DNA of 64,000 nucleotides from Mobula hypostoma (Eukaryota). The notes under the pieces are model-generated. The model was not told the DNA's origin, searched no databases, and worked only from the letters and a program-made list of their open reading frames with translations. This document shows, one piece after another, positions 12,985 through 24,529 of the stretch. How positions within the stretch are numbered: position 1 is the stretch's first letter; each line of letters opens with the position of its first letter. The stretch lies in assembly GCF_963921235.1 (NCBI RefSeq), contig NC_086109.1, forward strand, positions 3,536,001 to 3,600,000, given 5' to 3'. The position numbers and the translations under genes were made by a program.

Positions 12985-13580
12985 AGTACGCTGGATGAAC
13001 TCAGCAGGTCGGGCAGCATCAGTCAGAAACGATGAGTCGACGTTTCGGGCCGGATCCCTTCGTCAGGACTGAAGCATGAAAGATGGGGAAGGATTTGAAG
13101 AATGCTTGTGGCTTCAGTTGAAAGGCCAGTAATTTGAAAGACAAAGGGGTGGGGGAGGGGAAGCATTGACGTCATAGCCCTGAAAACAATGGGTGGTAGA
13201 AGAAGGAGGCGGAACCATGAGGGAGCTGGGGGAGGGGGTAGAGTGAAATAGGGATAGAGGAAGGGAGGGGGAGGGAATTACCGGAAGTTGGAGAATTCTA
13301 CGTTCATACCAAGAGGCTGGAGACTACCTAGACGGTATATGAGGTGTTGATCCTCCAACCTGAGTTTCGCCTCATCATGGCAGTAGAGGAGGCCATGTAT
13401 GGACATACCTGAATGGGAAGCAGAGTTGAAGTGGGTGGCTACCGGGAGATCCTGTCTGTTGTGGCGGACGGAGCGGAGGTGCTCGATGAAGTGGTCCCCC
13501 AATCTGCTTTGGGTTTCACTGATGTGGAGGAGGCTGCACCAGGAGTACCAGATGCAATAGATGACCCCAACAGACCCCAA
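12985..13580 (-). mobile_element. Penelope-like element: GIY-YIG endonuclease C-terminus plus 3' repeat
   Basis: GVIYCIW..C.LLHISETQSRLGDHFIEHLRSV...PVATHFN...EDQHLIYRLGSLQPLGMN, the degenerate GIY-YIG domain typical of Penelope-like elements. Confidence 0.92.
13035..13071 (-). ncRNA. Minimal type-I hammerhead ribozyme motif in the Penelope repeat
   Basis: The minus strand reads AGUC-CUGACGA-A-GGG-AUCCGG-CCC-GAAAC-GUC/GACU, with an intact catalytic core and stems I and II. Confidence 0.8.
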
Positions 13581-13811
13581 CATGACCCCAACAATACATG
13601 CCCCAGCTGATTAACCAGATGAAGGGGATAGAGGAACATAGTACCTGGGTAAGGGGGTGGGGAGTGGCTGTTGGTATTAGCATCAACATCAACACCATTG
13701 ATTCCAGACATTGTGTGGCACTGAGATCTGAAAGAAATGGTGTTAATCCAGTTTGGAAGGAGTTCACAATAAACCCAGTCTAGGCAATGGCAAACCTTTG
13801 TGTGGTGTTGA

Positions 13812-14230
13812 TTTCAGATTCAGATTTATTTATCACATCTACATGGAAATATGATGCGTCATTGTGTTAACAACCAGCACAACTCCGGGATGTGCTGGGG
13901 GCAGCCCACATTCCAGCGGCGAGCATGTTCAAGATGCTCAGCAGAACAACACAGAACACAACAAGCAACAAAACAACAACAGCAAAACAAGCCCTGTTCC
14001 TCCTTACAACCATCCCTCCCATACTCCCACTTACTCAGGCTGGGCCTCCAGCTCCAGGCCGGACCTCCAGCTCCACATCAGGCCTCCAGTCTCCAGTTTC
14101 CAGGATTCGGCTATTCAGCTTCAACTTCCAGACTTCCAACTGACTTTCAGGCTGCTATCTTTGGTACTGATCCCCAGACTAGCTGATGATGGGTTCCGGA
14201 ACTCTGGGCTTGCCGACGGACTGGTCCTCC
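13812..14230 (-). mobile_element. Non-coding retroposon with Rex-like tail
   Basis: Homologous to 4677-5065. Tail of TTCAGA repeats. Confidence 0.6.
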
Positions 14231-16284
14231 TGCCTCCTGTTCACGCAAACATCCAATACTGTGGATCCAGGTTAGGGGAGTGTTTTCTCTGCTCATCTAC
14301 ACTCTCAGCAGCTCAAGAATCATTCCCTGGCAATAGAGCAAAGCAAGCAGTTGACATAATTCTAATTCCATTTCTTGGAGTTGTGAGGCTGATGCATTTA
14401 GGTGGGATGATGGCAGACCTGAGCCCCTGATAAACAGGACAGAACCCAGAGGTGAAGAGATTCTGCAATTAAAATGCAGCACTGCAGCCTGCTTCACTGC
14501 AATTAATGAGTTATTGCTGCATTATCTAACCAGTTCCATTAAAAAATGAGTCAATTAAGATGGCAACATTTTCATTATCAGAATTAATAAACCAATCATG
14601 AACGCTATCTTACCAATTGAATTTATACAGTGAAGTGGGTAAATGAGTTCATGTTGCTGTTTGATCAGGGACTGGGCCAGTCATCTCTCTCCGGCTGTCT
14701 TATATCAGTCTGGGTTACTTCTCATTGAGCTATTTATTTCTCCTGTGCATCGTTCACTCCTGCATCTGGTAATTGGCTGGATCACTGCCGGTCTGTGACA
14801 GGGAATGGTGGCTTCTGCAGATAATCATAACCTTATAAATGGCTGTGCACACCATGAATCCTCAGTGTCTCGGAAAGAGGGCTCACAGCATTGGTTTTTA
14901 TCAAAGGCTACAGGTGAGGCCTCAACACCCATTGCTTTGGAGTATGACTTTAACCCACATTCATTACCCTCCCAGCGAGGTGCTTTGTGTGTAAGAGTCT
15001 TTAATTTTCTCTGCATTCCTCCTATTCTGTTATTAAACTTTAAAGCAAATATTTAAGTTCCGTGACTTAAATCGGAGGTATTGTCAGGTAAAGAGCTAAG
15101 TGTTGAATGCCGGCTACTTCTAAGCAGGGTTAATTTTGCTGCAGGGTTTAAAAGATGCAATTTCTTGTCTGATGAGTCATTCTTGTCCTTTGATTCCCTT
15201 GTCCTCGGCTTTGGAGTGCAGCAGGTTACGGCAGTGCTTGGAGAAAGGGCAGGAAATGCTCAGAACGTTGAAGTGGTTTGAAGCTCCCTGTGCCACCATT
15301 TCACCCGTTAGCTGGGCAAAGCTCAGGACGACATCGGAAGTGCAGGAAATATTCTGTTATTGGCTGTGAACTTGTGGAAATAATGCTTTGAGTGACACAA
15401 GGATGATGAGGGTGGGTGGGTGGCTCGAGGCAGTGGGTGTGATGGTGGCCCGTGGGTCTCAGCTGGTGGATGTGTAGGTGACACCTAGGTACCATACAGT
15501 GGTGGTTGGGAGATGTGGTGGGTGTGTGACCGTTGGTGGGAGTGACCCATGGGTGACAAATGGTGGGTTTGTATGCTGGGATAAAAATTTGCAAGAACTT
15601 TTTGAGTGGATGAAAGGGTGCGTGAAGGTTGAAATGATTGTCAGCAGCTGGGAGCGGTCAGTCGGAGGTGACAGTGGGTGGAAGTCTGCTCTTGCCAGGG
15701 TTGTGGCTGGAGAGCAGGCACCGAACTTGGTCTTTTGGCGTGTTTCAGGGGAAATTATTGCTGGTACTAAATCAAAGGCAGAGGTTTATCGAGTTGTCAG
15801 CACGTCTGAGCATTTTAGAATTCAGTAACGAGATGGCCAAGGAACCGATAACGAAAAGGGAAAAGGAGTGGAAAATATCACACACTCTGAATTTATATAT
15901 GTATGTGGAATCAAAACAGTACAGGGAAGTTAATTCACATTTGACCTCTACCCACTGTTTGGCATTCAGCGAACACCATGCTTATGGAGTAGAGGGGGTC
16001 TACACTTGATCTGTTCTACCCCAATGCCTTCCCCAGGGTCGCTGAGGATGGTGGCCTCTGTCTCCTCTCTGGTTTATTGCCGACACCCCTTTCCCCTCCA
16101 TGCGCACTCACAATCCCAATTCTGGGCAGCATCTTCCCACCTCCGAGACCATCCTCTGTCCCTAACAGCAGCTTCCCAATGTCTGATGCGTCGGGTGTTA
16201 CTGCAGCTGCGGCGACGTGTGCCGGACCAGAGGGAGAGGTGGCACGGGGGTTACACAACTGCTCTCTCCAAACTTCAGGTGCTC

Positions 16285-16720
16285 AGAGTCAGGTTTACCA
16301 TCACTGTCTTAGATGGCGCAAAATTTGTTGTCTTGTGGCAATGGTACAGAGCAAAGATGGAAAATTGCAATAAATTACAAGATAAATAGTGCAAAAAGGA
16401 ATAACCAGGCAGTGTTCATGGACCGTTCAGAAACCTGATGGCAGAGGGGAAGAAGCTGTTTGAAAATCATTGAGTGTGGGGCTTCAGGTACCTCCTCCCC
16501 AATGGTAGCAATGCAAAGAGGCAATGACAGGGAGGGTGAGGGTCTTTAATGATTGATGGCACTTTCTTGAGTCACTGCCTCTTGAAGATGTCCTCGATGC
16601 TGGGGAGGTTTGTGCCTGTGATGGAACTGGCCAAGACTACAACCCTCGGCAGCTATTTTGGACCCTCTGCACTGGAGTCATACTACCCGGCAGTGATGTA
16701 ACCAGTCAGAATGTTCTGAT
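16285..16720 (-). mobile_element. Rex1/Babar LINE 3' fragment
   Basis: Homology to 9265-9770. Confidence 0.8.
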
Positions 16721-17104
16721 AGTTCTAACAGATGTTTAAAAGTCAAAAAATTTGCCCCTCCCCAACAGTTTGCTTCTGTTCTGAATAAATCCTATTTACT
16801 GGGATTTACGTTCACTGAAACTGCAGTTTCTTTATGGGCGGTTTAACCTTACTTGTGCTATTTAAGTGTTAATGTTCTGGAACTCCATTCCTTGAGTCTG
16901 TATTCCCATTAAAGTTTCCTTTTCTATTACAAAATGTCCAGCTTCGCATCTCTGCACTCCGTTGTCTGACAGACCCCGTGGCCACCTAGTCCTTGGTTCA
17001 GGCGCTAAAGCATTCTGACATCACATCTGGTTTCCATGGTGATTCACTAACAGACTTTCCCCCTTGTTTCTATGGTGTGTGTGAATATGCAAACGTTCCC
17101 CCTG

Positions 17105-17467
17105 ACACGGGACGCAGTGTACGGATGCAGGGCGTGGCATAAGGGATGCGGGGTTGTGCACAGGGTGCGAGAATAGTGTGTGGGGTCATGGGTGGAGGGA
17201 GCAGAGAATGGGGGAAGGGGCCAGGGCGCCACGGTAGCCCTTTAGCACGACGCTGTTATGGCAGGCTGTTCCAGAGTTCGTAGATCAATTCCAGGTGTGT
17301 TCCTTCCTGTGTACATGTGGGTTTCCTCCGGGTGCTCCAGTTTCCTCTCACAGTTCAAAGACGTACCAGTTGGTAGGTTAATTGGTCACTCTGATAAGGT
17401 TTGGGTTAAATCGGAGGATTGCTGGGTGCCACAGTGTGGGTCATTGGGACTGTTCCATGTTGTATAT
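17105..17467 (+). repeat. Local duplicate of 11936-12299 (unique flank plus V-SINE)
   Basis: Near-identical sequence including about 120 bp of non-SINE flank. Confidence 0.93.
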
Positions 17468-19735
17468 TCTGTGATCCACAACCTTCTGGAAGAGGACGGC
17501 TCAGTCGCGTCCTCGCAGACTGACATGCTGAGGATCTTCAAGTCCTTCTATGCCGGTCTCTACGATGAAAAGGCTACAGAATCCACAGCCTCCCACAGCT
17601 TCCTGTCGTCTATCACACAGGTCTTAGACAACAGCAAGCGGGAGAGTCTGGATCAGCCACTGATCCTGGACAAGCTGACAGGCTCCATCCGTTCCTTTGG
17701 GTCGAATAGGACTCCCAGAGGCGACGGCCTACTGACTGAGTTGTACTCGGCTCTGTGGAACTGGATGGGCCCAGACCTGCTGGAAGTGTACAACGCTATG
17801 CTTCTGACCGGCAGCATGTCAGAGTCCATGAGGAAGGGCATCATCACTCTCATCTACAAGCGGAAGGGGGAAAGGGAGGACATTAGGAATTGAAGACCCA
17901 TCTCTCTCCTGAATGTGGATTACAAGATCCTGTCCAAGGCTATCGCCAACAAGGTGAAATCTGCTCTAGGACAGGTGATCCACTTGGACCAAACCTGTGC
18001 TGTACCGGGCAGGAAGATCTCAGACAGCCTCGCGCTGCTGAGGGACACCATCGCCTACGTGCAGGACAGGGGGGTGAACGCCTGCCTGGTCAGCTTGGAC
18101 CAGGAGAAAGCCTTCGACAGGATATTGCACACGTACATGGAGGATGAGCTCTCCAAAATGGGATTTGGGGAAGGAATCCAGAATTGGATCAGACTGCTCT
18201 ACACAGACATCCGTAGTGCAGTCCAGGTCAACAGGTGGGAAACAAACATCTTCCCCATCAGGTCTGGAGTCAGGCAGGGCTGTCCCCTCTCCCCTGTCTT
18301 GTTTGTGTGCTGCATAGAACCCTTTGCCAAAGCCATCAGGAGGGATGAGGGCATAAGAGGGGTGACGCTGCCAGGCAGTGGAGGGACCCAAGTGAAAACC
18401 TCCCTGTACATGGACGATGTCACCGTCTTCTGCTCTGATCCGAGGTCAGTTCGCAGGTTGATTGGCATCTGCGAACAGTTTGAGCTAGCGTTGGGGGCCA
18501 GGGTCAACCGCACGAAGAGCGAAGCCATGCTCTTGGGCACCTGGCCCGACTGATCCAATGTCCCCTTCACCATCAGGTCTGACCACGTGAAGGTGTTGGG
18601 GATCTGGTTCGGAGGGGCCGAGGCGTGCAACAAGAACTGGCAGGAGCGGACTGCCAAGGTAAAACAGAAACAGGGACTGTGGGGAGGCGCTCCATATCAA
18701 TAACGGGCAAGAACCTGGTCATCAGGTGTGAGGTACTCTCAGGGCTGCTGTACTTGGTGCAGGTGTGGCCCGTCCCCGGCTCCTGCAGCTCAGAAATCAC
18801 CCGAGGAGTCTTCAGATTCATCTGGGGATCAAAGATGGAGCGGGTCAGACGGACCGTCATAGACAAGTCCCTGGACAATGGGGGCAAGAACGTCCCCAAT
18901 GTCGCCCTCACCCTGATGGCCAGCTTCGTGTGTGGCTGCATCAGGCTGTGCGTGGATCCCAGATACGTGAGCACAAAGTACCACTATGTGCCCAGGTTCT
19001 ACCTGTCACCCTGGTTACGAAGGATGGGTCTGGCCCCTTTCCCGCGCAACACCCCTGTCAGCTGGTCATTGCCTCCTTACCTGTCCTTCGTAGAAAAGTT
19101 CTTCCAGGCCAACGTCTTTGACCACAAGGCCATTAGACAGTGGTCGGCACGTAATGTCCTGCAGGCACTGCAGGAGAAGGACGTGATGGACACAGTGGGG
19201 TGGTTCCCTGAGCAGACCGTCCAGTATATCTGGCAAAATGCCTCATTGCCAGACTTCGCCAACAGGCACAAAGACCTTGCCTGGCTGGTGGTGAGAGGGG
19301 CCCTCCCAGTCAGATCCCTCCTGTACGCCCGGAATGTCACCTCCACACCCCGTTGCCCGTGGGAGGACTGTAATGGGGTGGAGGCGTGGCACACCTCTTT
19401 GCACACAGTGGGTTCGCGAAGAAGGTGTGGAGGAGGATGGAAGGGACGGTGTTAAGATTCATGCCCAGGAGCTGCGTTACCGAGGACTCCGTGATCTACG
19501 GGCTGTTCCCGGGGACACACACGGAGACAAACATCCGGTGCTGCTGGCAGATCATCAATTCAGTGAAAGACGCTCTTTGGTCTGCCCAAAGCTTGGTGGT
19601 CCACCAGCACATGGAGATGTCCGTGACTGAATGATGCCGACTGGCTCATTCTCACTTGCAGGAGTATGTGCTGAGGGATGCACTCAAGGTTGGTGCAGCC
19701 ACCTGAAGGCCCAGTGGGGAAGGAGCACAGTTTAA
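17468..19735 (+). pseudogene. Disrupted Tx1 ORF2 (reverse transcriptase plus C-terminal zinc finger)
   Basis: Motifs N*RPISLLNVDYKILSK, LDQEKAFDR, GVRQGCPLSP, YMDD and C-PWED-C...HLF. Stops at 17891, 18551 and 19632; frameshifts near 18665 and 19383. Confidence 0.93.
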
Positions 19736-19940
19736 GGTTCGTCACCCGCGGGAGTGGGAGGGGTCGTGGGGAGGAGAATACCCCTCATCAGCGGTGTTGA
19801 CAGATGAATCAACATGGTGCCCCAGGAGAGGCTGGAATTGTGTAGACTGTTAAAGAACTTTGGTAAGGGAATTAGAGGCAATGCCAGTTTTTTTATTGTT
19901 AATAATTTTGTTGTAAATAAGTCTTAATTCTTGACTAAGG

Positions 19941-20647
19941 TGTAGCCCCCCGGCCAAACTCAGGGTCGCTCGACTCGCTGTCATCTAGGGAAACAGCCCT
20001 CGGCCCCGCCAAACTGGGTGATAGTTTGTGTGGATGCTGTGTGATGCACCCCACCCCACCCAAATAACAGACAATACACCAGATACGATTAAATGATTTA
20101 CAGTTTATAGATATTACTAGAACTATATAATTAATAGAGAATAAAATATAAAAGGAAAATAAAAGGTGCCACACTTATCAGAGTTCAATCTCTTCGTGCA
20201 CAAACAGCTGGAGCTCAGGACCCTCCTTCTTCACCCTGTGACCCCTTGGACCACCTCGACCGGCCGCCTGGGACCAACCACGGTGGTCGACCAGACGCTC
20301 CACACGAGTCTGTCTCAGTCTCCTCTCCTCGCCGAATGCCCTCCTCGGGGTCCAAACCCGTTAGTGGGCATTACAGCATCTGGTCCATCCTCTCTCTCTC
20401 TCTCTCTCTCCCCCACCTTCTGCCCCAAAACCCCGTGCATACAATATCTTACAGCTACACCAAAAACGTAACAACTATCGCAATTGGTTCATAACAACTT
20501 CTTATCAGCAACGTGGTTTAACAAACTGCTAGCGGAAAGGACTTTCTCAGCGTCTAACATAACAAAGAAGCATTCCCAAGTATAACATAACAAAGAAGCC
20601 ATTTTAATTAGCCTACACAGTAACATAAAAGAAAAAAACCCCTTACA
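19941..20647. mobile_element. Probable solo LTR (707 bp) inside the Tx1 3'UTR
   Basis: TGTA...TACA termini, flanks AAGG/ATGG (imperfect 4-bp TSD), and it splits a tandem unit of the Tx1 3'UTR. Confidence 0.7.
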
Positions 20648-21099
20648 ATGGCTTGAGAGTCAACGAACGATTTATTGTAAACATCTTTCATCTGAATATG
20701 GACTGAGAGTCAACACATAATTTTATTGTAAACAACTTTATTTATTGAATAAGGACTCAGAGTCAACAAATGTTTTTTTATGTAAATATCTTTATTTTTG
20801 TAATATTTCTGAATAAAGTATTTTTGGAAAGAAAAAAAAAAGTTCGAGGAGCTGCATGGCCTCGGTTGTTGTGTGGACCAGGCCCTCATGCTGTGGGAGC
20901 TGCGCAGAGAAGGTGGCGCCAGAGGTGGTGTGGGGGAGAACAGAAGTGGTGCATTGGAATCGATGTTGGGATGGGGACTCATCCCTGCAGGCCTGCTCCC
21001 TTGTTGGAGCCTACTTCCTAGTATTCATTTCCTGAAAGACAAGCTCTCGTCTGCGACTGACCCAGCGCGAGACAAGCTGATTTGCCCTTGTCTCAGCTG

Positions 21100-21340
21100 A
21101 CCCAGCGCAAGATGAGGAACTGCTACGTGCTTGTTCTTACAGAAACATGGCTTCAGAGCAACATCTCATGCACCATCAATGTCGCTCAGGGACATGCTAA
21201 TATTAGTTTGTATGTGCTGTCATAACTGTGTGTGACTGTATGTACTGTGTTTTGTACCTTGGTCCCGATGAACGATGGTTTGTTTAACTGTTTAAGTGCG
21301 TATGATTGCATAACAATTGAACTTGGACTTCAACTTGAAA
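21100..21340 (+). mobile_element. Rex-like AP-endonuclease start fragment joined to a Rex-like tail
   Basis: MRNCYVLVLTETWL motif, then a tail ending in ACTTG repeats. Confidence 0.55.
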
Positions 21341-21854
21341 ATTAATCTATTGTTTGAGATCAGTGAGCTGGCATTGGAACTGGGAAGAGTTAGATATTGA
21401 ACGTGGTTTTAGGTGGAGGGAAGGTGGTAGGGAAGTCTGTGATGGGATGAACAGATTGTAAAGAGTCACTGATGTAAGTGAGCAGGTGGGCTAGGACAGG
21501 CAGTGAAGGTTCAGGAGTCAGCTGGTCTGAAGTCTGAGATGAGATTGGTGGAAAAAACTTGACAAGTCAGTGATATCTGTGGAGAGGAAAATGGAGTTAG
21601 CAATGCTTGTGGTGACCTTCCATCAGCATTCGCCATTGGGCTTCGCTGGAGTTCTGAGAGAGGCCAAAGCTGAAAGTTCAGAGTGGGAGATGGATAGAGC
21701 ATTAGGGTCACAGATAACTGGAACCTCAGAGTCCACCTGACATGCAAAGTGTTTCAGCATCCTGTAATCTTATTCAACTTTCCACTATCTGCTGGATTTG
21801 TTTTAGCTTCCTAACTTCATGTTCCTCACCCATCCGAGAGATAGACATTTGATT

Positions 21855-22232
21855 CATTATCATCATCATTATATACCATGTCGTATGAACATGGTCTTTC
21901 CATGACCATGATTGTGCTTGATAAACTTTTCCATAGGAGTGATTTGCCATTCTCCCTCTTCTGGGCAGTGTCCTTACAAGGCAGGTGACCCCAGCCATTA
22001 TCAATACTCTTCAGAGATTGTCTGCCTGGCGTCAGTGGTCCCATAACCAGGACTTGTGATGTGCACCAGCTGCTCATACGACCATCCACCACCTGCTCCC
22101 TAGCTTCACGGGATCCTATTCGGAGAACTAAGTAGGTGCTACACCTTGCCCAAGGGTAACTTGCAGGCTAGCAGAGGGAAGGATTGCCTTACAGCTCCTT
22201 TGGTAGAGATGTATCTCCACCCCACCACCCAA
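21855..22232 (-). mobile_element. SINE-like retroposon with RTE-type tail, apparently full length
   Basis: Same family as 1-294, with a (CAT)n tail on the plus strand. Confidence 0.7.
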
Positions 22233-23827
22233 TTTGATTATACTTTTCTAAGTTTCTCAATTATTATGTCTTCATGTACTTTTCCACATTTTCATTAATA
22301 TTCTGCCCTAATTTTTACGGCTATACATTATCAGAAGTCAATTTCTCTCATGTTATGTGACTCTCATTTGAACAGGAAGTTCTAACGAGCTTGTCAGGTA
22401 GGCTGGTTTTGAGGAGCTGGAAGATTGCCTGATGAGGGAGTTGTCTTCACCTTCACCCTTCCAAGATGAACTGCCTCTGGTTAATGAATGCATTTTTACT
22501 GGTGTTAATTTAGCTCCAGCAGTCGTGATAATTCATCAAAGCACAGCACTCTGGTCACTTGACAGCAAGTGCTGGTTTAATAATTTTTCTTTGCAAAATT
22601 AATCAAAATAAATGGCAATGAAACTCATTAAAGTGGAGGCTAATACTTCTGTAACCATTTGCCATTGTGAAAAATGATGCTGATTAAGGACTTCCTGTTT
22701 ATAGATTCGAAAAAGTCGTTGATCTTTACATCAACCTCCGTTCCACTTATTTAAATTTAGCTGCGGCAATTAATGTTTCCCAGTGCCATCTTTCTTAACA
22801 CAAAAAAATTATTATCCTTATTCTGTTCAATTCCAGTTTTAGTGGTGTGAGGTTCTTGTCATTTTGGGTTGGTTTGTTGTGGGCCAGAATTTACTTTGGC
22901 ACTACAATTCTTCCAGTAGTTATTCACAAAACTAATTTATTTTAATATTTTTCATATGCCGATCATTCAGATGTTAATTCCTTGCATACATCTCTGAGAT
23001 GCTGGTGGACACCTTGGACTTAGGGTTAAGCATATTAATTGAGACATGACGTTCAAAGAGAAGCCCTGTCATTTGTCATTACCCACAAAATATATCAGGT
23101 CTGACTTGCTTGTGTTGCCAATCAATTATTGTCTGACAGCATTGTTTAGTGTACTCGAACTTGTTCATTAACCATACCCCGTTGTTTTTTTTCCTTGCGT
23201 TGGCCCCACATTCACTGGGCAGCTGCCCATTTAATTGTGATGGCTGAACGGCGTGGCCTTGTGCAAGTCTGGTGACCTATGAAATATGTATCGACCTCAA
23301 CTTTCCTTCTTTGTTCAGTTGCTAGCGGAAGTGCACTAGGCTCTAGGCAATCTTTGGTAATGTATATCCGTAGTACTGTTGCAAACAATGATAATAAACC
23401 TAATTCTGATTAATTCCTTCATTCAGTTTATAAATTGCTGGGACCTCGGGGATGAGAACACATTCCTCTCGCTCATGGACTTTGGAATTTGCTTCCGATC
23501 TCAGTGTAGGACTGTTGCAGGGACCCGCGGCTTGCACCATTGTCACTGCCTCCCTGTACTGCCGAGGATGATTATCGCGGTAAATTCAACGGCACGCTTG
23601 GCCTGATGTCCTTCCCGAAATGGTGAGAAGCTCCCACCCCTCCAACCACATTACACAGGGGTCTTCCTGCTAAGGGTAGCAGGCCCCAGGTCCAGTGCTG
23701 AACCCTGCCTGTGTCCCCTTGCAACCCAGCTATATTCTTCTTGCACTGCAGGTGCATTTTAAACTGGACAGCTTCGGAGACAGCTGGACGTTAACCTGTA
23801 TCTCAACGATTGAGGAACAGATTTTTT

Positions 23828-24520
23828 TCCCCATGAACACTACCTCACTATATTTTAAATTTCTATTTTTACACTATTTATTTAATTTAACCTGGACATT
23901 GTATTGCAGTCAACTGAAGACAAGAAGGTAATTCTGGTTGAGCTGACTGTGCCGTGGGAGGAGGGATGGGAAGAGCCCCACGAGAGAAAGGCCTTGAAGT
24001 ACCAGCCCTTAGTGCAGGAGTGTAAAGACAAGGGATGGCAGGCACGGTTGTTCCCTGTGGAGATAGGCTGCACAGGTTTCCCAGCCAAATCAGCATGGCG
24101 GTTGTTGTCAGCTCTGGGCCTGGACGAAAGGAGCAAAAAACAAGCAGCACATAGGATGGGGGGAGGCAGAACAAGCCTCTTGTTGGATTTGGAGTAGGCG
24201 AGAGGAGGAGAGCTGGAAGCCAGGAGCAGATGGGCAGTGATTTGGCCACCACTGCCGGCCCACCTATTGGAGAGTGTCGTGGTTAAGGGTCGAAACACTC
24301 GGTGAAGGTTGGGAACCACCTAATGACATCTGCTCCTGGCTGAAGGCTACGGTTACCTTATGAGGTAACTGGTGAATGCACCCTAACAGGTGTATGTAAC
24401 AAGCAAATATTTATTATAGCTGAAGATTTTTTCCTATTATTATGTATTGCATTGTACTGCAGCTGCAAAGACAACAATTTTCACGACGTATGCCAGTGAT
24501 ATTACACCTGATCCCGATTT
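23828..24520 (+). mobile_element. Rex1/Babar 3'UTR split by a HERO insertion
   Basis: CATGAACACTACCTCACT...(gap)...TGTACTGCAGCTGCAAAGACAACAATTTTCACG, as in 895-1072. Confidence 0.75.
23891..24405 (+). mobile_element. HERO (R2/NeSL group) retrotransposon 3' end with restriction-like endonuclease
   Basis: PDIVL.STEDKKVILVELTVPWEE...HERKALKY...FPVEIGCTGF, a PD..E-type RLE motif. Confidence 0.88.
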
Positions 24521-24529
24521 AGGACGTTT

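Larger units (their letters stand above)
17468..20841 (+). mobile_element. Tx1 (L1-clade) non-LTR retrotransposon, 5'-truncated, ending in poly(A)
   Basis: ORF2 remnant, 3'UTR, AATAAA at about 20812 and an A-tract ending at 20841. Confidence 0.9.

Noticed and set aside
13864..14430. 188-aa ORF
   Set aside because: Mostly antisense read-through of a non-coding repeat.
17258..19634. Functional reverse transcriptase gene, retron or DGR-like system
   Set aside because: It has Tx1/L1-clade motifs, a poly(A) tail, 5' truncation, and multiple stops and frameshifts. The N-terminus of ORF 17258 is translated SINE sequence.
20842..20900. Specific snRNA or tRNA target site for the Tx1 element
   Set aside because: The 3' flank does not resemble U2 snRNA, tRNA or a microsatellite, and no TSD was found.
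21340..21750. Further degenerate Penelope copy on the minus strand
   Set aside because: Only faint resemblance to 13100-13460; too decayed to support by eye.
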